Assembly (NCBI GenBank): GCA_028291455.1
Contig: JAQGHY010000180.1
Coordinates: 1 to 59,952 of the forward strand
From: Rubritepida sp.
GTDB taxonomy: Bacteria > Pseudomonadota > Alphaproteobacteria > Acetobacterales > Acetobacteraceae
Length of the DNA: 59,952 nt
Direction of reading: 5' to 3'
The notes under the pieces were generated by a model, which worked only from the letters and a program-made list of their open reading frames with translations, made no database searches and was not told the origin of the DNA. Position 1 is the first letter of the stretch, and each line of letters starts with the position of its first letter. This document shows, piece after piece, positions 1 to 9,203 of this stretch. The translations under genes and the position numbers were made by a program.

Positions 1-82
1 TGGAGTTTCCCGGGGCAGATTTGCCGCCTATCATGCCCTGGCCATCCTGGCCGGCAAAGCCGGCATCTTCCGGCGCCGCCAT

Positions 83-1330
83 TTGGAGAGTCTTCTTGCC
101 GCCTTCCCGCAACTGCGCCGCGAGGACATGGACGCCCGGATGAGCGAGGCTTACCAGATCGCCGGCATCAGCGAAGTCATGGGCGGCCCGGTGCCGACCA
201 GCCGGTTCTCCCGGCAGATCATCGATCCGCACCAGGCCTTCTTCGGCGGGCTTTCGGTGCTCGACACGCCGGATCTCCGCCGGGAATTGGCGCTGCCCAT
301 CGGGCCGGGCATCACGGAGCCAGGGCTGGCCGAGCGCTGGCAGGCCTATGACGAGCAGTACCGCGGCGAGGCGCGCCTCTCGCGCTTCTGGGTCGTCGAG
401 CTGGAGCAGGCGACCGTCTATCCGCCCTTCGGCATCGTGGCCGTGGGGGACCGCCTCGTCCGCGACACGATCCGCCATCCGAAGATGCTGAAATCGGTAT
501 TCCCCGACGGGGAGATGGAGGGGTTCCGGGCGGCCATGGGGTCTTCGAGCACGCCGATTGCCGGGGGCACCGTCCCGCCCGCCTATCGCGTGCCCGGCCG
601 GAGCTTCCTGCTCGGCTACGGGCTGGCCGACAACTACTTCAACTGGACGCTGCGCTACGCCTCGCGCGTGGCGCAGTACCAGGCCATGCCGGACGTCGCG
701 CAGCTCGCCGTGCCGATGCCGCGCAAGCGCTACGTCCCGGAGACGCTGGAGTTCCTCGGAGTGCCGCAGCAGGAGGTCATCCACCTCGAGGCGCCGATGA
801 TCTTCGACCGGCTCGTGCTGGTCTCGCCCATGGCCTTCGGCCGCTACGAGATCTCGCCGCAGATCGTCGGGACGCTGCGCGACCACCCGCGCGTGCAGGA
901 GCTCTGGCGGCACCCGAAGCGCAGGATCTACATCCCGCGCCGCAACGTCGGCATGCGCCGCGTGGTCAACGAACCGGCGGTGGAGGCGGCGCTGCGCAAG
1001 CTGGGCTTCGAGGTCTTCGACAATGCGGAGCATCCGGTGCGCGAGCAGATCCGCGCCTTCCGCCACGCTGCGCTGGTCGTCTCGCCGCATGGCGCGGGCC
1101 TGTCCAACATCGCCTATTGCGACCCTGGCACGCCGGTGGTGGAGCTGGTGCCCGAGGGCTACGACCAGGGCGTCACCTCCTACCGCAGCCTCTCGGATCT
1201 TTTCGGCCTGCCCTACACGCAGCTCTTCGCGAAGGAGGCGAAGCCGGACCGCAAGGGCAACCGCTGCAACTCCGACATCGAGATCGACGTCGAGGAACTG
1301 GTGCGGACCATCGGTGGGGTGGCGGCATGA
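83..1330 (+). CDS. Glycosyltransferase family 61 (DUF563) protein
   Basis: NYFNW, IYIPRR..RRVVNE and VVSPHGAGLSN..C.PGT.VVEL motifs typical of GT61; start (TTG) uncertain. Confidence 0.8.
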   Translation: MESLLAAFPQLRREDMDARMSEAYQIAGISEVMGGPVPTSRFSRQIIDPHQAFFGGLSVLDTPDLRRELALPIGPGITEPGLAERWQAYDEQYRGEARLSRFWVVELEQATVYPPFGIVAVGDRLVRDTIRHPKMLKSVFPDGEMEGFRAAMGSSSTPIAGGTVPPAYRVPGRSFLLGYGLADNYFNWTLRYASRVAQYQAMPDVAQLAVPMPRKRYVPETLEFLGVPQQEVIHLEAPMIFDRLVLVSPMAFGRYEISPQIVGTLRDHPRVQELWRHPKRRIYIPRRNVGMRRVVNEPAVEAALRKLGFEVFDNAEHPVREQIRAFRHAALVVSPHGAGLSNIAYCDPGTPVVELVPEGYDQGVTSYRSLSDLFGLPYTQLFAKEAKPDRKGNRCNSDIEIDVEELVRTIGGVAA

Positions 1331-1346
1331 CCGGTCGGTCGCGCGG

Positions 1347-2135
1347 ATGGTGAGGGCCGTCCCGCAGCCGGCGCCGGAGCTGGCCCAGGCGCCGCGCGTG
1401 ATTCGCGACATTTCGGCGCGGGTGCCGGGCTACGACTTCCGGACTATCCTGGATGTCGGCGCCAATCTGGGCCAGTCCTGCCTGCCGCTGGCCGAGGCGC
1501 TGCCGCGCGCCCGCATCTATGCCTTCGAGCCGGCCGCCCGCAGCTTCGCGGTCCTCCAGGCCAATGTCGCGGACCAGCCGGGCGTCGAGGCGGTGAACCT
1601 CGCCTTGGGGGCCAGGACGGAGCGCGGTGCCATGACGGGCCGCGGGACTTCGGTCGTGAACCGGCTCACTTTGCCGCCGCCTTCGGTGCAGACCAGTCTG
1701 GCGCGAACAAGTCTGGCGCAGGCATTGGGGCGGGCGCCTGGAGGTCCTCCACCCGTCCTCGAACCGCCGCGAAGGGCGCGGCAGCAGGAGGTGGAGATCG
1801 TCGCCGGCGCGGATTTCTGCCGCGACCGGGGCATCGACCACATCTCCTTCCTCAAGGTCGATACCGAGGGGCACGACCTGGAAGTGGTGCGCGGCTTCGG
1901 CCCGCTGCTCCAGATCGTCGACTTCGTGCAGGTCGAGGCCGCGACGAACGAGTACAACGAGACCCACGTGCCGCTGCGCGACTTCCTGACGGTGCTGGGC
2001 CAGGCCGGCTTTTATCTGTTCCGCATCTACGGGGAGGCCTTCGAATTCAAGGGCGGCGGGCGGCCGGTGTCGCGGCGCTGCAATCCCGTGTTCATCCATC
2101 GCCGCCTCGTCGGCGACATGGAGGGGATCAGCTAG
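1347..2135 (+). CDS. FkbM family SAM-dependent methyltransferase
   Basis: ILDVGANLG, YAFEP and FLKVDTEGHDLEVVRG motifs; start moved to ATG 1347. Confidence 0.85.
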   Translation: MVRAVPQPAPELAQAPRVIRDISARVPGYDFRTILDVGANLGQSCLPLAEALPRARIYAFEPAARSFAVLQANVADQPGVEAVNLALGARTERGAMTGRGTSVVNRLTLPPPSVQTSLARTSLAQALGRAPGGPPPVLEPPRRARQQEVEIVAGADFCRDRGIDHISFLKVDTEGHDLEVVRGFGPLLQIVDFVQVEAATNEYNETHVPLRDFLTVLGQAGFYLFRIYGEAFEFKGGGRPVSRRCNPVFIHRRLVGDMEGIS

Positions 2136-2142
2136 CCGCGCC

Positions 2143-2955
2143 TCAGCTCAGCGCGGCCTTGCGGACTTCCTCCCGGATCTCGCCCATCAGCAGCGCCTTG
2201 AGGGCGGCGAATTCCGGCGTGGTCTTCATCGTCCAGTCGCGCGGATAGGGCAGCGGCACCGGCACATCCGCCTTGATGCGCCCGGGCCGTGCCGACATGA
2301 CGATCACCCGGTTCGCCAGGAAGATCGACTCGTCGATGTCGTGGGTGACGAAGAGCACCGTCTTGCGACCCTCGGCGGAGCCGGAATCGTCGCCATCCTC
2401 CCAGATCTCGAGCAGCAATTCCTGCATCAGCTCCCGCGTCTGGTGGTCGAGGGCGCCGAAGGGCTCGTCCAGCAGCAGGATCTCGGGGTCGTTCGCCAGC
2501 GCGCGGGCCAGCGCGCAGCGCTGCTGCATGCCGCCCGAAAGCTGCCGCGGCCAGTGGTTCTCGAAGCCCTTCAGGCCCGTGCGGGCAATGAAACGCGCGG
2601 CGATGGCCTGTTGCTCGGCCTCGGGCAGACCGCGCTCGGCGAGGCCGAAGCGGATGTTCTGTGCGACGGTCAGCCAGGGGAACAGCGTGTAGGACTGGAA
2701 CACCATGCCGCGGTCGGGGCCGGGGCCGGTGACCGGTGCCCCATCGAGCGTCACCTGGCCAGCGGTCGGCTGGTCGAGGCCCGCGACGATGCGCAGCAGC
2801 GTGGACTTGCAGCAGCCGGAGGGGCCGAGGATGGCGACGAACTCGCCGGGAGCAACCGTCAGGTCCGTCGGCTGCAGCGCCAGCATCGGCCCGGCCGCCC
2901 CTCGGCTGGGGAAGGAGCGCGTGACGCCGCTGATCTGAAGGGTCTTGCGGCTCAT
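2143..2955 (-). CDS. ABC transporter ATP-binding protein (NitT/TauT family) with altered Walker A
   Basis: LSGGMQQR signature, LLLDEPFGALD Walker B, FVTHDIDE; Walker A reads GPSGCCKST; ATG 2955 overlaps permease stop. Confidence 0.9.
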   Translation of the reverse strand: MSRKTLQISGVTRSFPSRGAAGPMLALQPTDLTVAPGEFVAILGPSGCCKSTLLRIVAGLDQPTAGQVTLDGAPVTGPGPDRGMVFQSYTLFPWLTVAQNIRFGLAERGLPEAEQQAIAARFIARTGLKGFENHWPRQLSGGMQQRCALARALANDPEILLLDEPFGALDHQTRELMQELLLEIWEDGDDSGSAEGRKTVLFVTHDIDESIFLANRVIVMSARPGRIKADVPVPLPYPRDWTMKTTPEFAALKALLMGEIREEVRKAALS

Positions 2956-3725
2956 AGCACCGCCCAGGGGAAGAGCGCCCGGTTCAGCGCCTTGAACAGG
3001 AAGTCGGTGACGAGGCCGATCACCCCGATGACCACGATGCCGAAGATCATCTGCCCGGTGTCGAGCAGCCTCTGGCTGTCCATGATCATGTGCCCGATCC
3101 CGGACGTCGCGCCGATGAGCTCGGCGACGATCACGTAGGTCCAGGCCCAGCCGAGCACGAGGCGCAGCGTCTCCATCACCTGCGGCCCGGAGGAGGGGAT
3201 GATTACCCGCCGGACGATGCCGCGAGACCGCGCGCCAAGGGTATAGGCCGCCTCCACCAGGTCCATCCGCGTGGCGCCCGCCGTCACCGCGACCATGATG
3301 ACGATCTGGAAGAAGGTGCCGATGAAGATCACCGACAGCTTCTGCGCCTCGCCCACACCGGCCCAGAGGATCAGCAGCGGGATGAAGGCGCTCGCCGGCA
3401 GGTACCGCGCGAAGGAGATGAAGGGTTCGAAGAAGGCCTCGACCGGCTTGAACGCGCCCATCATCAGCCCGAGCGGAACGGCCAGCACTGCCGCGATCAG
3501 GAAGCCGGACAGCACGCGGGCGATGGTGACGGCGATATCGCCGGCGAAACCGAACTCGGTCAGCAGGCTCCATCCGGCGATGAGCGTCTTGCCGGGATCG
3601 GCCAGGAACAGCGGCGGCACCCAGCCGGAGTAGGTCGCTGCCGCCCAGGCCCCGATGAACACGGCGAAGAAGCCGGCGCCCAGCATGATGCGGGCGCCGG
3701 TCGAGACCGGAACGAGTGGCTTCAC
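2952..3725 (-). CDS. ABC transporter permease (NitT/TauT family)
   Basis: Multiple TM segments, EAAYTLGA (EAA) loop, WTYVIVAELIGA; GTG 3725 overlaps upstream stop. Confidence 0.9.
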   Translation of the reverse strand: MKPLVPVSTGARIMLGAGFFAVFIGAWAAATYSGWVPPLFLADPGKTLIAGWSLLTEFGFAGDIAVTIARVLSGFLIAAVLAVPLGLMMGAFKPVEAFFEPFISFARYLPASAFIPLLILWAGVGEAQKLSVIFIGTFFQIVIMVAVTAGATRMDLVEAAYTLGARSRGIVRRVIIPSSGPQVMETLRLVLGWAWTYVIVAELIGATSGIGHMIMDSQRLLDTGQMIFGIVVIGVIGLVTDFLFKALNRALFPWAVL

Positions 3726-4684
3726 CCGAGGAAGGAGGTGTCGAGCAGCCCGCCCAGATTCACGTCCTGACGCACCACGCCGCTTTCGCGCTGCACCGTG
3801 TGCGCCTTCTGCATGAACTGCGGCAGGCCGTCGGCGACATAGGCCTTGTTCTTCGCCTGATCGAGCCATTCGATGAACTGCGCGCTGGCCTTGAACTGCT
3901 CGCCAGTCTGGTTCACCCGGCGGCCCATGATCTCGTAAGAGCGATCCGGCTCGCGCTCGATCATGGCGAGCGCGTCGTACCAGGACTTCACCACGCGGCG
4001 CACCGCGTCCGGATTGGCCCGGACGAAGGCAGGCTGGAAGCCGAGCGTATCGACCACGCAAGGGTAGTCCAGCGTCGTCGCGAGGATCCTGCCCTTGTCG
4101 GCGCCCATGGTGCGGACCTGGGAGAGATAGGGCTCGTAGGTCGAGCAGCCGTCGAACTGCCCGGCGACGAAGGCCTGGGCGGCGGGCTGCGGGGCGAGGG
4201 CCGCCGTGGTCACGTCGCGAATGGACAGCCCGTTCTCGCGCAGCATGTAGGCGAGCACGAAATAGGGCGTGGTCCCGGCGCCATCGACTGCAAGCGTCTT
4301 GCCCTTGAGGTCGGCCCAGCCGGTGATGGCGGGCCGCACGGCCACGCCGTCACCGCCGCGCGAGCGGTCGAGCACCAGCACCTGCACCAGCGGCGCGGCG
4401 CTGGCCCATAGGATCATGGTGTCCACCGTGGTGACCACGCAGTTCAGCGAACCACCGACGAGGGCGAGGTTGCGCTCGCGCTGCGGCACGAACTTGGTCT
4501 CGACCTCGATGCCGTTGGCGCGGAAGAGGCCGGCGCCCTCGGCCAGGCTCAGCGGTGCGAAGCCGGTCCAGCCGGACATGCCGATGGTGATCTTGGGCAG
4601 CGTCTGGGCACGCAGCAGGGAGGGCGCTGCAATAAGCCCCGTTGTCGTGGCGCTGAGGAAGAGACGGCGGTCCATCTGAGTCAC
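3722..4684 (-). CDS. ABC transporter substrate-binding protein (SsuA/THI5-like)
   Basis: Tat-like RRLFL leader, WTGFAPL, DLKGKTLAV, TYEPYLS; first gene of ABC operon. Confidence 0.85.
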   Translation of the reverse strand: MTQMDRRLFLSATTTGLIAAPSLLRAQTLPKITIGMSGWTGFAPLSLAEGAGLFRANGIEVETKFVPQRERNLALVGGSLNCVVTTVDTMILWASAAPLVQVLVLDRSRGGDGVAVRPAITGWADLKGKTLAVDGAGTTPYFVLAYMLRENGLSIRDVTTAALAPQPAAQAFVAGQFDGCSTYEPYLSQVRTMGADKGRILATTLDYPCVVDTLGFQPAFVRANPDAVRRVVKSWYDALAMIEREPDRSYEIMGRRVNQTGEQFKASAQFIEWLDQAKNKAYVADGLPQFMQKAHTVQRESGVVRQDVNLGGLLDTSFLG

Positions 4685-4828
4685 TCCGATATCGGGACTA
4701 TCCTACCCTACCTAAGTGTAACCCCAGGGCAAGCGCAGCCAGGGCTCCTCGCCGCCCGCCGCCGCGGGGAATGCCGCTTGCGACGGCAGCCCACCCGCGC
4801 CGTGCGCCCCCTGCGGGCAGGCGGCGGC

Positions 4829-5800
4829 TTATTCCGTCAGGATATTGTGGCTCCGGATCAGCTGCGTATACGCCTCGGTCTGTTCCGCCAGCCAGTTTCC
4901 GAAGGTCTCGGGACCATCGGTGCGCTGCGTGGCCCCGAGGTCGACGAGCCGTGCCGCGAGCTGGGGCTGCGCCAGCGCGTCGCGCATCGCGGCATGCAAG
5001 CGGTTGATGAGGACGGGCGGCGTGCCGGCAGCCACGAGCGCGCCTTGCCAGGTTCCGGCATCGACGCCGGGCCAGCCCAGCTCGCGGAAGGTCGGCACCT
5101 GCGGCAGCGCGGCGAAGCGTGTTGGGCCGGTCACGGCCACCGCCCGCATCTGGTTGTTCACTGCGAAGGGCAGGGACTGCGTGGCGCCTGCCATCGTCAT
5201 GCTGGCCTCGCCCGTGGTGACGGCGAGCAGCGCGGGCGCACCGCCGCGATAGGGCACATGCGTCATCGGGGTGCCCCAGGCGTCCTCCAGCATGACGGCG
5301 GTGAGATGCGAGGAGGTTCCGGTGCCCGAATTCGCCACGTTCAGCGTGTTCGGATGCGCCTTGGCATGAGCGACGAGCCCCGCCGCGTCCTGGACGGGCA
5401 AGGCATTCGCCACGCCCAGGATATAGGGCGCGTAGATCACCATGCTGACGGGCGCGAGGTCGGCGGGCTTGAAGGACAGGCGCGGAAAGAGGGCCGGGTT
5501 GGTCGCCAGCGTCGTCACGTCCATCAGCAGGATGGTGTGGCCGTCCGGCGGGCTTTTCGCCACGAAATCGGCGCCGATATTGCCGCCCGCGCCGGTGCGG
5601 TTCTCGATGACGACGTTCTGGCCGAGGGTGCGCGTCAGCTCCGGGCCCATGAGGCGCGCCAGGATGTCGCTGGTGCCGCCGGGCGCATTGGGAATGATGA
5701 AGCGGATCGGGTGGTCGAAGGTCTGCGCCCGCAGGGCCGGCGCCGCGAGTGGCAACGTGGCGGCACCAAGTGCCAGGCGCATGATGGAACGACGATTCAT
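4829..5800 (-). CDS. Bug/TctC tripartite tricarboxylate transporter receptor
   Basis: PGGTSDILAR, VIENRTGAGGNIG, PPDGHT, HVPYRGG motifs. Confidence 0.9.
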   Translation of the reverse strand: MNRRSIMRLALGAATLPLAAPALRAQTFDHPIRFIIPNAPGGTSDILARLMGPELTRTLGQNVVIENRTGAGGNIGADFVAKSPPDGHTILLMDVTTLATNPALFPRLSFKPADLAPVSMVIYAPYILGVANALPVQDAAGLVAHAKAHPNTLNVANSGTGTSSHLTAVMLEDAWGTPMTHVPYRGGAPALLAVTTGEASMTMAGATQSLPFAVNNQMRAVAVTGPTRFAALPQVPTFRELGWPGVDAGTWQGALVAAGTPPVLINRLHAAMRDALAQPQLAARLVDLGATQRTDGPETFGNWLAEQTEAYTQLIRSHNILTE

Positions 5801-5838
5801 TTTTAAGTTTCCTCCTGGGCTCGATCCTATCCTGGCCG

Positions 5839-6762
5839 TCAGGCCGCTGTCGCCCTTTTCCCCACTTCGGCGAGGCTACAGCCCAGCCGCTGCAGCAGCA
5901 GGTCGATGTCGCCGATATCCTCCGGCGTCAGCCGCGGGCCGGGCTGGCGCATGGCGGCGCTGCGAATGGCGCCGCGGCGGCGCAGCACTTCCTTCCGCGC
6001 GGCCACGCCCCAGAAGCCCTGGCCCTCGTAATTCAGCAGCGGCAGGTAGCGGTCGAACACGTCCCGCGCCGCGTCGCGCTGGCCGGAGGCGTGCAGCCGG
6101 TACACCTCGGACAGCATCTCGGGATGGGAGAAGCCGGCCATGGGCCCGTCCGCTCCGTGGTCCATTTCCGTCGGCAGGTAGAGCGCATTGTTGCCCGTCA
6201 GGATCGCGACCCGCCTTCCCTGCGAGGCACGCAGGCGGGAGATCTTGGCCGGGCTCGGGATGTCCTCCGCCTTCACCACCTGGATCTGCGGAAAGGCTTC
6301 GATCAGCCGGAGAATGGAGGGCACGGACATCCAGACGCCGGTCGAGAACGGAAAGTCCTGCAGCACCGTCGGCACGTCGCCGATCTTGCGGAACACCGCG
6401 TCGAAGTAGCCGAACAGCTCCTCCTCTGTGCGGGTGCCGCCGGGTGGGGCGATCATCACCCCCGCGGCGCCGCGGTCCATCACCTTGCCCGCCAGCTCCG
6501 CGAGCGCGGCCAGGCTCGGATTGCTCACGCCGACAATCACCGGATGGCCCTGCGCCCGCTGGATGAAGCGGCCGGCGACGGAAAGTGCCTCCTCCGCGCC
6601 GAGCTTGCCGCTCTCCCCGCTCACGCCCAGCACCGTCAGCCCGTTGGCGCCGTGGCGGAAGTAGAAATCGGTCAGCGTGTCGACGCTGTCGAGGTCGATC
6701 GCGCCGTCCTCGCCGAAGGGCGTCTGCGCGATGATGTAGACGCCGCGAATGTGATCGAGCAT
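5839..6762 (-). CDS. Dihydrodipicolinate synthase (DapA)-family aldolase/dehydratase
   Basis: TPF..DG.ID, G..VLGVSGE, GAAGVMIAPP motifs; start MLDHIRG after AAGGAA. Confidence 0.85.
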   Translation of the reverse strand: MLDHIRGVYIIAQTPFGEDGAIDLDSVDTLTDFYFRHGANGLTVLGVSGESGKLGAEEALSVAGRFIQRAQGHPVIVGVSNPSLAALAELAGKVMDRGAAGVMIAPPGGTRTEEELFGYFDAVFRKIGDVPTVLQDFPFSTGVWMSVPSILRLIEAFPQIQVVKAEDIPSPAKISRLRASQGRRVAILTGNNALYLPTEMDHGADGPMAGFSHPEMLSEVYRLHASGQRDAARDVFDRYLPLLNYEGQGFWGVAARKEVLRRRGAIRSAAMRQPGPRLTPEDIGDIDLLLQRLGCSLAEVGKRATAA

Positions 6763-6778
6763 CGATTGGTTCCTTTGT

Positions 6779-7984
6779 TCAGGCGTTCTGCACGCTCTCG
6801 CGCACCACGGCGTCCGGCCGCGTCCGCACCCCATCCTGCAGCCGCATGCCGAGACCCGGCGCGGTGGGTGCCTGCACCATTCCGTTCCGCAACACGGGCA
6901 GATCGGTGACGAGATCGCGATACCAGGTGGCGAGCGTCGCGCGCACCACCTCCTGGAAGATCGCGGTGGGCGCGTGCAGGGCCAGGTGCAGCCCGGCCAT
7001 CAGCGTCACCGGGCCGGTGCAGTCGTGCGGGGCCAGCGGCTTCGCATAGGCCTCGGCGAGGGCCGCGATCTTGCGCCCCTCGGTCAGCCCGCCGCACCAG
7101 GCGAGGTCGAGCATCACCATGTCCAGCGCGTCGCCGGCCAGCAAGTCGCGGAAGGGCACCACGCCGCCCAGAGTCTCGCTGCCGCAGATCGGCGTGCGGG
7201 TCTGGCGCCGCAGATCGGCCAGGGTGCGGACATCGTCCATCTTGGCGATTGGGTCCTCCGCCCAGAAGACGCCGACATCCTCCAGCGCGCGGCAGATGCG
7301 GATGGCGGCGTGGCTGCTCCAGAGGCTGTGGAGCTCGGCCATCACCTCGATCCGGTCGCCCACCGCGGCGCGGATTTTGCGGAAGGGCTCGATGCCGGCC
7401 TTGAGGTCCTGCAGGGAGATCATGTGACCGCCCGAGGCCTCGGCGTAGATGTCGAGCGGCCAGATCTTCATGGCGGCGTAGCCCTCGGAGAGCAGGCTCT
7501 CGGCCAGCCTGCCGGCGTCGTTCATGAAGGCGATCTGGTCGTCATAGGGGCCGGCGGCCTCGTCCTGCCCGGAGACGTCGCGGCGGCCGCCGGCGGTGTT
7601 GTAGGAATAGCCCGCGCAGGTGTTGTAGGCGCGGATTTCCGTCCTGACAGCGCCGCCCAGCGCCTCGTGCACGGGAATGCCATGGCGCTGCCCGGCGAGG
7701 TCCCAGAGTGCGATATCCACAGCACTCGCCGCGCGGATCTCCGCGCCCGCGCTGTTGAAGCCAAGATAGGGCGTCATGAGGTGGCGGGAGACGGCCTCGA
7801 TGCGGCGGGCGTCGCCGCCGAGGAGGAAGGGTGCCACCTGCTCGTGGATTACCGCCTCGACGGCCTGCGCGCCGCGGAAGGATTCGCCGAGGCCGGTCAG
7901 CCCTTCATCGGTCTCGATCTCAAGCCAGATCAGGTTGGGGCGTTCGGCAATGCGGATGGTACGGAGGCGGGTGATGCGGGACAA
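6779..7984 (-). CDS. Mandelate racemase/muconate lactonizing enzyme family protein
   Basis: TDEGLTGLGE, SAVDIALWDLAG, KIWP, WAEDP, GSET, APHDC motifs; TTG start after AGGAG. Confidence 0.9.
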   Translation of the reverse strand: MSRITRLRTIRIAERPNLIWLEIETDEGLTGLGESFRGAQAVEAVIHEQVAPFLLGGDARRIEAVSRHLMTPYLGFNSAGAEIRAASAVDIALWDLAGQRHGIPVHEALGGAVRTEIRAYNTCAGYSYNTAGGRRDVSGQDEAAGPYDDQIAFMNDAGRLAESLLSEGYAAMKIWPLDIYAEASGGHMISLQDLKAGIEPFRKIRAAVGDRIEVMAELHSLWSSHAAIRICRALEDVGVFWAEDPIAKMDDVRTLADLRRQTRTPICGSETLGGVVPFRDLLAGDALDMVMLDLAWCGGLTEGRKIAALAEAYAKPLAPHDCTGPVTLMAGLHLALHAPTAIFQEVVRATLATWYRDLVTDLPVLRNGMVQAPTAPGLGMRLQDGVRTRPDAVVRESVQNA

Positions 7985-8231
7985 GCAAAGGGCTCCTGTT
8001 CGGCGCTCGTGCGGTGGGAGCTGCGGAGGTGTTCGCCATGTGCTCGGCGGTCCCCGCAGCGATGTCACCGCCGCGCCCAGGATCGATCCTCACCCAATTC
8101 CCTGGAAAGGTGAATGCCTTCGGCGGGATCCGAACCTACGGTGGTGTCTTCATCCGCGCGCGGCTCACGGTCCAGATCGCGGCATCGCCGGTACGATGCG
8201 ATCGCCGCTATCGCGGTGAGTGCGCGCTGGC

Positions 8232-8807
8232 CTAGCCGGCTACCAGTGTCCAGCCATTCGCGGGGAGCCAGGTCTTCAAGGTGCTCGGCATGGCGTGGGC
8301 GGCATCGAGGCGCACGAAAAACTGCTCCTCGTGCAGTGGGAAAGTCAGCTGGTAAGTCACGATAACTGCTTCCGAGCAGGTCACGTTCTTGATCACCTCG
8401 TTTCCGGCCTGCGCAAAAAGTGCAGGCGTGCCCTTATTGGCCTCGTACCGCTCCCGGTATTTCATCAATCTTGTAAAGGCGTCCGGGCCGAAGGCGGACG
8501 AGCCGAGCAGGAGGCGAACCGCTCGATAAGCACCGTAAACGGCACCGACCGAAATAGCGTCCGACACTCGCTGAAGCGTGGCCTTGCGCGCAGCTGCATC
8601 TGGGCATTTCGCCCATGGCGGCCGAAAGACCAAAATGCCCGCGCCACTGGCCATATAGGAGAGAACCCCACCTTTGTCTTTCTGGTTAGGTTCCTTGTGG
8701 AAGTTTCCGAAGAACTGGGCATGGATGATCGTCTTATTGTCGTAAGCCATGCCAATGTGCCCGGCACCACCCGGCATGTAGAGAATGTCACCAGTTTCGA
8801 TGGCCAA
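8232..8807 (-). CDS. Permuted papain-like NlpC/P60 (YiiX/YaeF-type) protein
   Basis: GGAGG-N5-TTG start; GDIL...GHIGMA...IIHA precedes a C-terminal TCSEAV, i.e. His-before-Cys order; lower GC than flanks. Confidence 0.6.
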   Translation of the reverse strand: MAIETGDILYMPGGAGHIGMAYDNKTIIHAQFFGNFHKEPNQKDKGGVLSYMASGAGILVFRPPWAKCPDAAARKATLQRVSDAISVGAVYGAYRAVRLLLGSSAFGPDAFTRLMKYRERYEANKGTPALFAQAGNEVIKNVTCSEAVIVTYQLTFPLHEEQFFVRLDAAHAMPSTLKTWLPANGWTLVAG

Positions 8808-8975
8808 GATTGCCTCCCGCAGAGCAATGCCGCGAACGCTAACCGTGCGCGGGATGATCTCTATGCAAGAGATTTGCACGCATAAGTCGAAACTGCATAG
8901 GTGATTTACTCTATTGCGTTGAGCGGGGGCGCCTATCGCGAGCGCCCGTTCCTGCACTGAGCAATCCACTGGAAA

Positions 8976-9022
8976 GTGGCGTCCCCGGCGGGATTCGAAC
9001 CCACGGCCCCCAGATTAGGAAT
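8976..9022. repeat. att direct repeat: 47 bp copy of the tRNA-Arg 3' half
   Basis: GTGGCGTCCCCGGCGGGATTCGAACCCACGGCCCCCAGATTAGGAAT identical to 26776-26822. Confidence 0.97.
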
Positions 9023-9043
9023 ATGCGAGCGCGACGCGACATT

Positions 9044-9201
9044 GCGGACCCAGACGCGACGTAAACCGCCATTTGCCTTGCCTTCCAGAAGGTGTCCCTC
9101 TTATCGTCCCGACGTAAACCGACACGCGGACCCGTAGCGGACCTAACCGCCGGGTCCGCATGGGGTCCGCAAAAACAAAATAAGAGGGTCGAATAAGAGG
9201 G
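9044..9201. promoter_or_regulatory. Putative integrase arm-type sites, left end
   Basis: GCGGACC at 9044, 9126, 9137 and GGTCCGC at 9153, 9164 (11 bp period); the same heptamer is clustered at the other end. Confidence 0.7.
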
Positions 9202-9203
9202 CC

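Noticed and set aside
4685-4828. Guanidine or other riboswitch before the ABC operon
   Set aside because: No recognisable ykkC or tandem ACGR-loop hairpins by eye; cmscan would settle it
8976-9022. Second tRNA-Arg gene
   Set aside because: Only the 3' half is present; the D arm and 5' acceptor strand are missing, so it is the att duplication
9044-9201. CRISPR-like array
   Set aside because: Repeats are 7-12 bp in mixed orientation without spacers; no cas genes or arrays seen anywhere in the window
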